NCBI GenBank assembly: GCA_963749195.1
Contig: CAVVLX010000007.1
Location: 68,329 to 132,328, forward strand
DNA: 64,000 nt
Reading direction: 5' to 3'
DNA from: an uncultured Thermoplasmata archaeon
GTDB taxonomy: Archaea; Thermoplasmatota; Thermoplasmata; Lutacidiplasmatales; UBA184
The position numbers were made by a program, and so were the translations under genes. The number at the start of each line of letters is the position of its first letter. Positions within the stretch are counted from its first letter, which is position 1. Under the pieces are notes generated by a model. It saw nothing but the letters and a program-made list of their open reading frames with translations, did not search any database and was not told the DNA's origin. Positions 27,073 through 36,287 of this stretch are shown in pieces.

Positions 27073-27591
27073 ATGGCGAATGCTGGAGATCGAACCCCCG
27101 CTCCTCCGCCGGCGGAGAGCGTCCAGTGGACCGAGCGAGAACAGCCCCGTTACCTGACCCTCCTCGTCGTGGTCGGCGTATGGGCGCTGGCGGTCGTGGA
27201 ACTGACGCTGATCGAGATCTATCTCGTGGACCGCACGGACCAACAACTCCCGCTCGCCGTGCTTGTCTTCGGCCCGATCTTCGTGCTGGTCGGTGCGGCC
27301 GTGATCTGGCGGAGCTACCGGAGCGAGCCGAAACGCGTCGGGGTCTCGGCGAACGGTTTCCACTTGGATTGGGGCTATGGACCGACCACGGTGCCCTGGG
27401 AGTTCGTGACACCGGCATTTCTGCGGTCCCGCGGTTCGAGCTATCCGATCTTCTATCGAGTACCCGGGTCTCGGTTTCTGAATCACGTCTTCCTGACCCC
27501 TATTCAAGCCCGCGCCCTCCTCTCGCACCCCGACCGACCGGCTTGGCCGATTGACGAGCGGATCGCGCTACGACTGCAGCTCGCAGGCTAA
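27073..27591 (+). CDS. Hypothetical membrane protein (2 TM plus a soluble C-terminal domain)
   Basis: 172-aa ORF with two clear hydrophobic helices (YLTLLVVVGVWALAVVELTLI, LAVLVFGPIFVLVGAAVIW). I recognise no family. Confidence 0.5.
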   Translation: MANAGDRTPAPPPAESVQWTEREQPRYLTLLVVVGVWALAVVELTLIEIYLVDRTDQQLPLAVLVFGPIFVLVGAAVIWRSYRSEPKRVGVSANGFHLDWGYGPTTVPWEFVTPAFLRSRGSSYPIFYRVPGSRFLNHVFLTPIQARALLSHPDRPAWPIDERIALRLQLAG

Positions 27592-27642
27592 CGATCGGCT
27601 CGGGCCGCCAGCGTCATGTAACGGCATTCTGTCGCCCTGCCT

Positions 27643-28068
27643 GTGTCCGTCCCCGACAGCGAATTACGCGAGATTCTGACCCACGCCAAGACGATCGCGG
27701 TCGTCGGGTTATCGGACAAGCCTGAACGGGACTCCAATGAGGTCAGTCGGTACCTCCAGTCCCAAGGGTATCGGATCATTCCCGTCAATCCGATGCTGGA
27801 GGAGGTGCTCGGAGAAAAATCGTATCCTTCTGTCTCGGCGATTCCTTCCGGCACCCGGATCGACATTGTCGATGTCTTCCGCCGAAGCGACCAGGTCCCT
27901 CCCGTGGCGACCGAGTCGATCGCGCGCGGGGTCCCGGTCCTCTGGATGCAGCTGGGCGTCGAGCACCCGGAAGCCGCGGCACGCGCTCGGGCCAACGGTC
28001 TCACCGTCTTCGAGAACCTTTGTATCATGCAGGTTCATCGCCGCCTCGGGATCGGGGTTCGATCGTAG
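27643..28068 (+). CDS. CoA-binding domain protein (YccU/YneT-like)
   Basis: ILTHAKTIAVVGLSDKPERDSNEVSRYLQSQGYRIIPVNP...VDVFR...VLWMQLG is typical of the small CoA-binding fold. Confidence 0.8.
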   Translation: MSVPDSELREILTHAKTIAVVGLSDKPERDSNEVSRYLQSQGYRIIPVNPMLEEVLGEKSYPSVSAIPSGTRIDIVDVFRRSDQVPPVATESIARGVPVLWMQLGVEHPEAAARARANGLTVFENLCIMQVHRRLGIGVRS

Positions 28069-28083
28069 GAGGAGGAAGCGTCC

Positions 28084-28929
28084 GTGGCCGTCGCATCGAG
28101 TCCGGTCGCCCCCGAGGGGCGCTCGGTTTCGTCTCCTACTCCCTCCGCCAAACCAACGGCCCCCTCCGCCGCTCCACCGATACGAAAGGGGCGGATTTGG
28201 GATCGCGGCGTCGTGCAGCGCCCGGAGATTCATGCCCTGGTCTGGCGCTGCGACGGGACCGCGAGAATCCTGGGCGACCTGGACGCAGGCACGGCGATCA
28301 TTCGTGGAACCGCGTCCGTCATTGGGAAGGTCCTCGCCGATCGATTGGACGTCCGAGGTACATTGGAAGCGCTCCAGCCGATCGAAGTGAAGGGGACGAT
28401 GTTCATTCGAGGCCCCCTTCGTTTCGAAGGACCCTTGACGGCGGGCACGATCTCCCATCGTGGACCGGCCCGCGGAGGAGGCCCGATCGTGGCGCGTCAG
28501 CTGCTCGAATCGAACGGATCGCTGGAACTCCGCACCGGCGGCATCACGGCACCGCACGTGGCGTTCACGGGATCCTTCGAGGTGGCCGGTCCCATCCGAG
28601 CGAAGAGCGTGATCGCCCGCGTCTTGGCACCCTCCCGAGCCGCGGCAGTCGAGGCGGATACCGTCGTGTTCGATCGTCCGACGCGGATCCCTCGGCTGCT
28701 CGAACAGTTTGGACTTCTGGCCTCCGAGCCGTCCGTTCGAGTCGACCGGATCGAGGCGCGCGATGTCTATCTGGACGGCGTCGACTGCGAGTACGTCCGA
28801 TCGGAACACTTGCTCTTAGGACCGGGGTGTCATGTCACTCGGCTCGACGGGACGGTGGTTCGGAAACATCGGAGCTCGACGATCGGCCCGCGATCGCATA
28901 GCCCTCCGCCGCACGGGCTGAGTCGCTAG
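28084..28929 (+). CDS. Bactofilin-like / beta-helix repeat protein (hypothetical)
   Basis: The core shows degenerate G-x-hydrophobic beta-helix repeats (ILGDLDAGTAIIRGTASVIGKVLADRLDVRGTLEALQPIEVKGTMFIRGPLRFEGPLTAGTI...). These resemble polymer-forming bactofilin (DUF583) windings. The N- and C-terminal tails are Pro/Ser-rich. Confidence 0.35.
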   Translation: MAVASSPVAPEGRSVSSPTPSAKPTAPSAAPPIRKGRIWDRGVVQRPEIHALVWRCDGTARILGDLDAGTAIIRGTASVIGKVLADRLDVRGTLEALQPIEVKGTMFIRGPLRFEGPLTAGTISHRGPARGGGPIVARQLLESNGSLELRTGGITAPHVAFTGSFEVAGPIRAKSVIARVLAPSRAAAVEADTVVFDRPTRIPRLLEQFGLLASEPSVRVDRIEARDVYLDGVDCEYVRSEHLLLGPGCHVTRLDGTVVRKHRSSTIGPRSHSPPPHGLSR

Positions 28930-28944
28930 CCCGTCCCACACGGA

Positions 28945-28952
28945 CTTTATTT
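28945..28952 (+). promoter_or_regulatory. TATA-box-like element upstream of ileS
   Basis: CTTTATTT centred ~28 nt upstream of ATG 28977, which implies a leaderless or near-leaderless mRNA. Confidence 0.45.
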
Positions 28953-28976
28953 CCCGGGGACCCGTCGCATCCGTCC

Positions 28977-31946
28977 ATGACGATCGAGGAGGACGCCGCG
29001 ACCGGCCCTCGCTCGCTGATGGCGCTCCATCAGAAGGTCCTCGCCTATTGGGAGGGTACCGGAGTACCCGTCCGAGCGCTCGCCGCGCATCCTTCGGGCC
29101 CGGTGTTTCGATTTACGGAGGGCCCGCCGACCGCCAACGGCGCCCCGCACATCGGACACGTCGTCGGTCGAGCGCTGAAGGATCTCCAGCTCCGGTATCG
29201 CCGAATGAGAGGATTTCGGATCGTCTCGTCCATGGCGGGATGGGATTGCCACGGACTCCCGGTCGAGCTCGAGATCGAACGTCGCCACGGATTTCGATCC
29301 AAGCTTCAGATCGAGGAGTTCGGCGTCGAACGATTTTGCGAGGAGTGCCGGGCGAGCACGCTCGAGGTCGCCGACGTGTGGAAGGAGATGAGCCGGCGAC
29401 TCGGCTATTGGCTCGACTACGAGCATCCGTATCTCACGATGTCGGCCCCGTACATCGAGAGCGTCTGGTGGTCGCTGAAAACCCTCTTCGACCGAGGACT
29501 GCTGGAGAAAGGATACTATGTGTTACCCTATTGTCCGCGGTGCGAGACGCCCCTGTCGTCGCACGAGGTCGCTCAAGGGTATCGAGAGACGACGGATCCG
29601 TCGGTGACCATCCGATTTCCGATGGTCGACCCTCCTTCCGGCTCTCGCTCGCTGCTCGTGTGGACCACGACGCCGTGGACCCTTCCCGCCAATTTGCTGG
29701 TCGCCGTCAAGGCCGATCTTTCGTACGTGGTCGTTCGAGCCGACGATGGGTCGGAGGAGGTCTTGGCCGAAGACGCGCTCCCCCGGTACTACCCGGCGGG
29801 AGCGCAAGTTCTGCACCGGCTGCTCGGCCGGGATCTCGAAGGGGAGAGCTATCGGCCGCCGTTCGCCTTCGCTCCTGAAGGATCGGGTCGGTTCCGGATC
29901 GTCCTGGACGACATGGTGTCGTCCCAAGAAGGTTCCGGATTCGTTCACATCGCCCCAAGTTACGGATTGGACGATCAACGCATCGGAGCTCGCGAAGCCG
30001 TGGGAATGTTCGACCCGCTGGACAGCCGGGGTCACTTTACGGAGAAAGTCCCCTTAGTCGCGGGGAAGCAATTCAAAGCGGCCGACCCGATCCTGATCCA
30101 GGACCTGAAGGAACGGGAACTCCTTCGTCAAGAGACGACCGTCAAACACACCTATCCGTTCTGCTGGCGCTGTTCGAACCCCCTGATCTATCGGGCGGTC
30201 GACTCTTGGTTCGTTCGCACGTCTCGATTCGTCCGGGAACTCCAAGCGAACAATGCTCAAGTCCAGTGGGTTCCGAGCCATCTGCGCGACGGGCGGTTCG
30301 GCAATTTTCTCGAGGAGGCCAAGGATTGGGCGCTCTCGCGAAATCGATACTGGGGGACCCCGCTGCCCGTGTGGCGCTGCCCGTCGGGCCATTTCACGTG
30401 CATCGGGAGTTACGAGGAGCTCGCGGAGCGGAGTGGCGGCCCGCTTCCGTCGCCGTTCGATCCCCACCGAGTCACCGTCGACCGAATCGCGTTGACCTGC
30501 TCGACCTGCGGTCTCGAGAGCCGTCGCGAGCCGTACACGATCGATGGGTGGTACGATAGCGGCGCCGCGCCGTTCGCGCAGTATCACTATCCGTTTGAGC
30601 CGGGACCGTTCGATCCGAGCGCGCCGCTCGATTACGTCGCGGAAGGGCTCGATCAAACCCGGGGTTGGTTCTACACGATGCTCGTCCTCGCCACCGGACT
30701 TTTTCATCGTCCGGCGACACGCGTGAGTGTCGCGAACGGAATGGTGCTAGACTCCGGCGGACAAAAAATGTCGAAGTCAAAAGGGAACGCGATCGAGCCG
30801 ATGACGCTCCTGGGCCGACTCGGGGGAGATCCCGTTCGTTGGGGCTTCCTGACCATCGATTATACGGAGCCGCTCCGGCCTTCCGAGACCGTCTTTCAGC
30901 AGAGCGCCGGTCGAACGCTGGGCACGCTCCTGCACGTCGTCGAGTTCTACCTACAGAATGCGCGCGCCGACGGATTTTCTGCCCACACCGAGTGTCCCTC
31001 CTCCGTCGGAGTGCTGGATCGGTGGCTCCTTTCGCGCCTGGAGGGGACCCGCGCCGATGTGGATGCGGCGCTCGCGTCCTTCGATCCCCGAGCCGGGGCG
31101 CTCGCCCTACGATCATTCGTGGATGACCTGAGCACCTGGTATTTGCGTCGCTCCCGGCCGCGGTTCTGGTCTGCCGAGGATCCGGCCGATCGGAAATCGG
31201 CGCACGACACGTTGTCGTTCACGCTCCTCTCCCTCGCCCCCCTGTTCGCCCCCTACACCCCGTTCGTGGCGGAGCATGTCTATCAGGAGGTCTCTCAGTC
31301 GGATTTCACGGATTCCGATCGATCGGTCCATCTGCAGCGATGGCCCGAGCCGCTCGCTACGCGAGACCCTCCCCTGGAAGCAGGCATGGCGGAGCTCCGT
31401 ACCTGGGTCGAGATCGGCCGCGAGCTCCGTCAGCGCGCCCATGTGAAATCCCGGATTCCGCTCGCCGAATTCGTCTTATTCGGAGAGCCGGCGCCCGAGC
31501 TCTCGACCCTCGGGCCGGAAGCAATGCGGCTGCTCGAGGATGAATTGAACGTGCGTCGGATTACTTGGGCGCCCGTCCCGACCGCGGCCCAATATCCCGA
31601 GATGGAGTGGATGCTCCGCGTGGAAGCCGATCGCCCGATCGCGGCGCTCTCCCGCCACCCCACCCCCGAGCTCTTCGAGGAAGGCTGGGTGCGCGAACTG
31701 CTCCGGCATCTGCAAATGACCCGGAAGGAACTCCAACTGGCGTTCACGGAATCGATTGGCGTTACGATCTTCGTGCGCGGCCCGAGGTTTGGCGCGCTCG
31801 AACGGCGTCGCGAGCAGCTCATCCAAGAACTGATCGCCGATCCCCTGGCGATCTTCGACACCGACCCTCCGGACTCCGCGGACGTCCGACGATGGGAGAT
31901 CGAGGGGACTACGGTCGGTGCCCGGATCGAGCGGCACGCTTCGTAG
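28977..31946 (+). CDS. ileS: Isoleucine--tRNA ligase
   Basis: 989 aa. HIGH motif (PHIGHVVG), KMSKS motif (QKMSKSKGN), CP1 editing region (WTTTPWTLPAN), and zinc-ribbon-like CPRCETPL and CSTCG. Confidence 0.95.
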   Translation: MTIEEDAATGPRSLMALHQKVLAYWEGTGVPVRALAAHPSGPVFRFTEGPPTANGAPHIGHVVGRALKDLQLRYRRMRGFRIVSSMAGWDCHGLPVELEIERRHGFRSKLQIEEFGVERFCEECRASTLEVADVWKEMSRRLGYWLDYEHPYLTMSAPYIESVWWSLKTLFDRGLLEKGYYVLPYCPRCETPLSSHEVAQGYRETTDPSVTIRFPMVDPPSGSRSLLVWTTTPWTLPANLLVAVKADLSYVVVRADDGSEEVLAEDALPRYYPAGAQVLHRLLGRDLEGESYRPPFAFAPEGSGRFRIVLDDMVSSQEGSGFVHIAPSYGLDDQRIGAREAVGMFDPLDSRGHFTEKVPLVAGKQFKAADPILIQDLKERELLRQETTVKHTYPFCWRCSNPLIYRAVDSWFVRTSRFVRELQANNAQVQWVPSHLRDGRFGNFLEEAKDWALSRNRYWGTPLPVWRCPSGHFTCIGSYEELAERSGGPLPSPFDPHRVTVDRIALTCSTCGLESRREPYTIDGWYDSGAAPFAQYHYPFEPGPFDPSAPLDYVAEGLDQTRGWFYTMLVLATGLFHRPATRVSVANGMVLDSGGQKMSKSKGNAIEPMTLLGRLGGDPVRWGFLTIDYTEPLRPSETVFQQSAGRTLGTLLHVVEFYLQNARADGFSAHTECPSSVGVLDRWLLSRLEGTRADVDAALASFDPRAGALALRSFVDDLSTWYLRRSRPRFWSAEDPADRKSAHDTLSFTLLSLAPLFAPYTPFVAEHVYQEVSQSDFTDSDRSVHLQRWPEPLATRDPPLEAGMAELRTWVEIGRELRQRAHVKSRIPLAEFVLFGEPAPELSTLGPEAMRLLEDELNVRRITWAPVPTAAQYPEMEWMLRVEADRPIAALSRHPTPELFEEGWVRELLRHLQMTRKELQLAFTESIGVTIFVRGPRFGALERRREQLIQELIADPLAIFDTDPPDSADVRRWEIEGTTVGARIERHAS

Positions 31947-32568
31947 CCGCCGCGGAACGGGCCACGACCGCGCCGCGCGGGGCCGACTCGCCGAAGATCT
32001 CGGCTTGGAATCGATACACGCGCACCTCCAAGGATTTCCAGGACGCTCCGTCGAGTCCCGCTTTATGACACGTCTCTTCGAGAAACTGTTCGCCGTTCCA
32101 CTGCTGCTCGGGCGCGACCTGCGGAAGTAACAACCCACTCAGCCCGAAGCCTTCGACGATCAGGCCGTCGATTCCGACGTGGAGGGAATCCGCAGTACCG
32201 CGATCTCGTGGAGAAGGCAGCAGCTCCGGCTCCGTGAGCAGCGACACTTCCACGGTCAGTTGGCCGAGCTCTCCGGGTCGGACGCGGGGAAATCGTGGAT
32301 CTTCCGTCGCCGCCGCTTGGGCGGCGCGCGGGATGGCCACGCGAAGCGGATAGACGGCTCGGGGGAATCCGATACATCCCCGCAACGCTCCCGAGGGGTG
32401 CTCGGATAACGTTACGAAAACCCCTCCGGGCCGATCGAAGTGAGAGGGCAGCCGTTGATCGCGCAATCGATCCGAAACATCGTCCGCGCCCGAATCGACG
32501 ACGCTAAGCTCGAGGGCCTGCCGGGCAAGCCGGACCGCCGCCGCGCCGTCGTCAAAAGAAACCCTCAT
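31909..32568 (-). CDS. AMMECR1 domain protein
   Basis: Track ORF trimmed to ATG 32568 ([20 protein letters not shown]...). It carries the hallmark LRGCIG motif ([10 protein letters not shown]). Its 3' end overlaps ileS by 38 nt, convergently. Confidence 0.85.
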   Translation of the reverse strand: MRVSFDDGAAAVRLARQALELSVVDSGADDVSDRLRDQRLPSHFDRPGGVFVTLSEHPSGALRGCIGFPRAVYPLRVAIPRAAQAAATEDPRFPRVRPGELGQLTVEVSLLTEPELLPSPRDRGTADSLHVGIDGLIVEGFGLSGLLLPQVAPEQQWNGEQFLEETCHKAGLDGASWKSLEVRVYRFQAEIFGESAPRGAVVARSAAATKRAARSGHRP

Positions 32569-32622
32569 CTTAGGGAACGGGACCCGCCGCCGGTTCAAGG
32601 GGGTTGCGCCGCCTCCCACATG

Positions 32623-32630
32623 CTTTATAC
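32623..32630 (+). promoter_or_regulatory. TATA-box-like element upstream of rpl40e
   Basis: CTTTATAC centred ~30 nt upstream of ATG 32657. It is preceded by TCCCACA, as at ileS. Confidence 0.45.
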
Positions 32631-32656
32631 CGCTCCGCAGGTGCGGCGGCGCACCA

Positions 32657-32809
32657 ATGCCGTTCCCGGAAGCAGTCAACCGATTGTTGAACAAGAAAAT
32701 CTGCATGAACTGTTCGGCTCGGAACCCTCCCAAAGCGCTCCAATGCCGCAAGTGCGGCTACAAAGGGCTGCGAGTCAAATCCCGCGAACGGGCGGGGAAA
32801 ACCCAGTAA
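32657..32809 (+). CDS. rpl40e: 50S ribosomal protein L40e (50 aa; absent from the ORF track)
   Basis: My own translation: [50 protein letters not shown]. This matches the archaeal L40e pattern (FPEA..R.L..KIC..C.ARNP..A..CRKCGY..LR.K) with a CxxC...CxxC zinc ribbon. TATA-like CTTTATAC at 32623..32630. Confidence 0.85.
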   Translation: MPFPEAVNRLLNKKICMNCSARNPPKALQCRKCGYKGLRVKSRERAGKTQ

Positions 32810-32814
32810 CCCCG

Positions 32815-33603
32815 TTACCGCACTTCGGGCGATCCGCTCTGGTTGAGCGTCACCGCCGCGGGCTGGCGACGCTCCCGAGCGACCGCGAGGCGCTTCTCGA
32901 GCAGGAACGTGAGATTTTTTTGGCCATCGCGCCAGCTCGAGAGCTTCGGCGCCCCCCAGCGCTCGGAGTAGGGAATCGGAACTTCTTCGAGTCGGAATCC
33001 GCGGAGCAGCACCTCGAGTTTGATCTCCTCGCTCAGCGGCATGCCATCCTGGGATAACTGGAGCCGAGGAAGGATGGCGCGTCGAAACACCCACATGCCG
33101 CTCTGGCTGTCTTGCAGGGTCGGGCCCCGGACACCCTGGAGCCAGTGGTGATAAGCGATTCCGACCACCAGGTTGAGGATGCGGTTCCCGATGCGGTGCT
33201 CGGTCGTCATGGCCCGACGATCGAGGAAGGCGAGTCGGTTGCACGTGATGAAATCGAGCCTCTCGGAGAGCAGCTTGTCGACAAATTCGGGAATCCGCTC
33301 GACGGGATAAGTGGCATCTCCGTCCGCGGTCGCAATGATCTCCCCGGTCGCCTCGGCGAACCCCGTTCGGTAGGCGCGACCGTATCCTTTGCGGGGCTCG
33401 ACGATCACGCGCGCTCCTTCGGTCCGCGCTTTCTCTGCGGTACCGTCCGAGGAGGCCCCGTCGACGACCAATAGTTCCCATTCGATCGGTTGGGCCGCGA
33501 ACCGAGTTTGATTCGCCGCTTCGGTGGCGGCCCGAAACGAACGAAGGACATGGCCAATCGAACCGGCCTCGTTGAGCGTCGGAACAACGAGGGAGCCGCG
33601 CAT
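32815..33603 (-). CDS. Family-2 glycosyltransferase (dolichyl-phosphate sugar synthase-like)
   Basis: MRGSLVVPTLNEAGSIGHVL...LLVVDGASSDGT...TADGDATYP is a typical GT2 / DPM-synthase-like N-terminal domain. Confidence 0.85.
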   Translation of the reverse strand: MRGSLVVPTLNEAGSIGHVLRSFRAATEAANQTRFAAQPIEWELLVVDGASSDGTAEKARTEGARVIVEPRKGYGRAYRTGFAEATGEIIATADGDATYPVERIPEFVDKLLSERLDFITCNRLAFLDRRAMTTEHRIGNRILNLVVGIAYHHWLQGVRGPTLQDSQSGMWVFRRAILPRLQLSQDGMPLSEEIKLEVLLRGFRLEEVPIPYSERWGAPKLSSWRDGQKNLTFLLEKRLAVARERRQPAAVTLNQSGSPEVR

Positions 33604-33648
33604 AGCCAGTTAAGACGGTCGACAATCCCTTAACCTCTCCGTTCCGTA

Positions 33649-34107
33649 GTGCGCCGATACGGAGGAGCGAGGTTGACCCGTCCCGCTCGGAGTCGGCGAT
33701 GGGGGAGCTTTCCGACCACGGCCGATGTCGGCATTTGGGCGACCGGGGCGACGGTCGCGGAGTTGTTCGAAGCGTTGGGCCTCGGGCTCTTCGCGCTCAT
33801 CACCGACCTCAAGAAAGTTCGAGCCCGGCAGACTCGATTGATCTCCGCCTCCGGCGCCGACCTGCCCGCCCTGGTCGTTGCCTACCTGACGCAACTCCTC
33901 CTCCTCCAGCAGACCGAAGGATTCGTGGCCCGGCAGATCGAAGCGCGGCCGATCGGAACCCCTCCGACCGCCGTGCTGGCGACCGTCTCCGGAGAGCTCT
34001 TCGACCCTCGGATTCACACGGCCCGGGTCGAAGTCAAGGCGGCGACCTGGCACACGCTTTCGTTCGACCTGGTCCAACGTCGCGCGCGAGTGATCGTCGA
34101 TATTTGA
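33649..34107 (+). CDS. Archease
   Basis: WGSFPTTADVGIWATGATVAELFEA...VKAATWHTLSFD...ARVIVDI matches archease hallmarks. The start is uncertain (GTG 33649 or TTG 33673). Confidence 0.8.
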   Translation: MRRYGGARLTRPARSRRWGSFPTTADVGIWATGATVAELFEALGLGLFALITDLKKVRARQTRLISASGADLPALVVAYLTQLLLLQQTEGFVARQIEARPIGTPPTAVLATVSGELFDPRIHTARVEVKAATWHTLSFDLVQRRARVIVDI

Positions 34108-34119
34108 TCGACGAGTACG

Positions 34120-35256
34120 TTAGGGCATCCGCTCGGCGACGGCGGCGAGCGCGGCGCCCGGGTGCGAAAATCGACCGGCTCGCCCCAGAATCCGCTCGAG
34201 CCCGGCAACGGTGACCAACAGGTCGGGCCAACTGGCAATCCCCATATGACCGATCCGGAAGATCTTGCCTGTGAGCGCTCCTTGTCCCCCTTGCACGAGT
34301 ACGTTGTACGTTTGCTGGAGGACCTTGCGCACCTGCGCGTCGTCCATTCCGGAGGGATTCTTGATCGCCGTCACCGTGTCGGAGGCGTGCTTCCGCTCCG
34401 GGAATAGTTCCAAACCGAGAAGGTCCGCCGCGGCTCGGGTGGCTTCGGCGAGCTCATGGGTGTGCCGGAGCCGCCCCTCCAACGTCTCCTCCCGGAGGAG
34501 GAGGAGCGCTTCGCGCAATGCGAGGAAGAGGGGAACGGCCGGCGTCCAAGGGGTGTCGTTCTTCTCGAGCGATTTTAGATGCGCCGCCAGGTCGAGGTAG
34601 AAGGAGCCCGGATGGAGCGACGCCACTGCCCGATCGGAGAGATGCACCATCGAGAGTCCGGCGGGGGCCGCCAATCCTTTTTGGCTCCCGGCGACCACGG
34701 CGTCGATTCCCCACCGCTCAACCGGAAGGGGGACTCCGGCGACCGCCGAGATACCGTCTACGAGAAAAAGCGCCCCCGACTTCCGGACCGCCGGTGCGAT
34801 CGACTCGAGGTCGTTCAACAGTCCAACGCTCGTCTCGTTCTGAACGACGCAGATCGCACGGACGTCTCCCTTTTCGAGCTCGGCGATCGCTGCTCCGACC
34901 GGGATATGCATCCCCCACGGCGCCGAGAGCGTCGTGACCTGTCGCGAGTATCGGCGAACGATCAGATCCGTGCGTTCCCCAAAATTGCCGTTGGTGAGAA
35001 CGAGCGTACGGCCCGTAGTAGGTACGAGCGCGGAGTACATGGCCTCGAGGCCGGCGGTTCCTGATCCCGAGAGAACGACCTGATGCCCGGGCGTGCCGAA
35101 CAGCACCGGTAGCATCGCGCGAATTTCCTCGACGATCGAATGAAAATAATCGCCTCGATGGTTCAACGACGGCGTGCTCATCGCCCGCAGCACGCGCGGA
35201 TGAATGCGGACGGGGCCGGCGATCAGGAACGTCGCCGTTTCGGGGTCGAATGTCAT
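34120..35256 (-). CDS. Class-V aminotransferase (serine-pyruvate / phosphoserine aminotransferase-like)
   Basis: VVLSGSGTAGLEAM, LFLVDGISA, and AGSQKGLAAPAG (SQK PLP lysine) are typical of the AGXT family. ATGA overlap with the upstream dehydrogenase gene. Confidence 0.85.
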   Translation of the reverse strand: MTFDPETATFLIAGPVRIHPRVLRAMSTPSLNHRGDYFHSIVEEIRAMLPVLFGTPGHQVVLSGSGTAGLEAMYSALVPTTGRTLVLTNGNFGERTDLIVRRYSRQVTTLSAPWGMHIPVGAAIAELEKGDVRAICVVQNETSVGLLNDLESIAPAVRKSGALFLVDGISAVAGVPLPVERWGIDAVVAGSQKGLAAPAGLSMVHLSDRAVASLHPGSFYLDLAAHLKSLEKNDTPWTPAVPLFLALREALLLLREETLEGRLRHTHELAEATRAAADLLGLELFPERKHASDTVTAIKNPSGMDDAQVRKVLQQTYNVLVQGGQGALTGKIFRIGHMGIASWPDLLVTVAGLERILGRAGRFSHPGAALAAVAERMP

Positions 35257-36209
35257 ACGTCGACTCCGACCTCAGGGTTGACCAGCGCCCGAAGCGGTTC
35301 GCCTTTGAGCGCCCGGACCACCTCTTCTACGACCTGCATGCCGGCCCGTCGCTGAGCCTCCCGCGTCGACGCGCCTAGGTGAGGAGTTGGAATCACTCGA
35401 GGATGTTGGAGAAGCTCGGCATTTGCCGGTGGCTCCGTTTCAAAGACATCGAGCGCCGCGCCCCCGAGATGCCCCGATCGAAGCGCCTCGATCAGGGCCT
35501 TCTCGTCGATCAACGGCCCTCGGGCGACATTGACCAGGAAGGCCCCGGGCTTCATCTGGGCCAGCCGTTCGGCGTTGATCAGGTGGCGATTCTCGTCGGT
35601 CAGTGCTGCGTGCAGACTTACGTAGTCGGATTGGGCCAAAAGCTCCTCCAACGAAACCAGAGCGGTCCGGTCGACCGGAGTCGGGACGTAGGGGTCGAAG
35701 GCGATCGTCCGGACCCAGAACGGTTCGAGACGGCGAGCGACCTCGCGAGCGATCCGCCCATAGCCGACGAACCCCACGGTTTTCTGCGCGAGCTCGCCGC
35801 GATTCTGTCCACGGATCCACTCTCCCTGTTTCGTGGAGGCGATCTGCGGAACGAGGTCTCGGGCTAGGAGTAGATAGAATCCGATCGTCAGTTCGGCCAC
35901 GCTGGTAGTGGCTGCGGTGGGAGCGTTCACGACCCGGATGTGGCGCGCGCTGGCCGCCTTGACATCGATGTTGTCTACGCCCACGCCGGCCCGGGCCACG
36001 AGATGAAGCACGGGAGCCCGTCCCATCATTTCAGCGGATACTTTGGTCCGGCTCCGTACGATGAGCGCCCACGCCTTCGGCAGCGCAGGCTGGAGTTGGG
36101 CGCTGCCCGCCGTCGCATCGACCACCTGACACGGAGCATCGGAGAGGACTTCGACGGCCTCGGCATCGATCGGATCGGCCACGACCACGACTGGCTCCCC
36201 TTCCGCCAC
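35253..36209 (-). CDS. serA: D-3-phosphoglycerate dehydrogenase / D-isomer-specific 2-hydroxyacid dehydrogenase (short form, no ACT domain)
   Basis: VGFVGYGRIAREVARRL (NAD site), FLVNVARG, and PHLGAST with the catalytic His. Coupled to the class-V aminotransferase, which fits serine biosynthesis. Confidence 0.8.
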   Translation of the reverse strand: MAEGEPVVVVADPIDAEAVEVLSDAPCQVVDATAGSAQLQPALPKAWALIVRSRTKVSAEMMGRAPVLHLVARAGVGVDNIDVKAASARHIRVVNAPTAATTSVAELTIGFYLLLARDLVPQIASTKQGEWIRGQNRGELAQKTVGFVGYGRIAREVARRLEPFWVRTIAFDPYVPTPVDRTALVSLEELLAQSDYVSLHAALTDENRHLINAERLAQMKPGAFLVNVARGPLIDEKALIEALRSGHLGGAALDVFETEPPANAELLQHPRVIPTPHLGASTREAQRRAGMQVVEEVVRALKGEPLRALVNPEVGVDV

Positions 36210-36287
36210 GACCGCCGCGACCGAGACCGCCCTGAAAACTCTTTGCCACGGTCGGAGCCGTCCGACGGGCCAACCGAGGGATCCGGA

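Noticed and set aside
27709-28809. 366-aa ORF on the - strand
   Set aside because: It is antisense to the CoA-binding protein gene and the beta-helix protein gene. It has no motifs and an Arg/Asp/Gly-rich composition.
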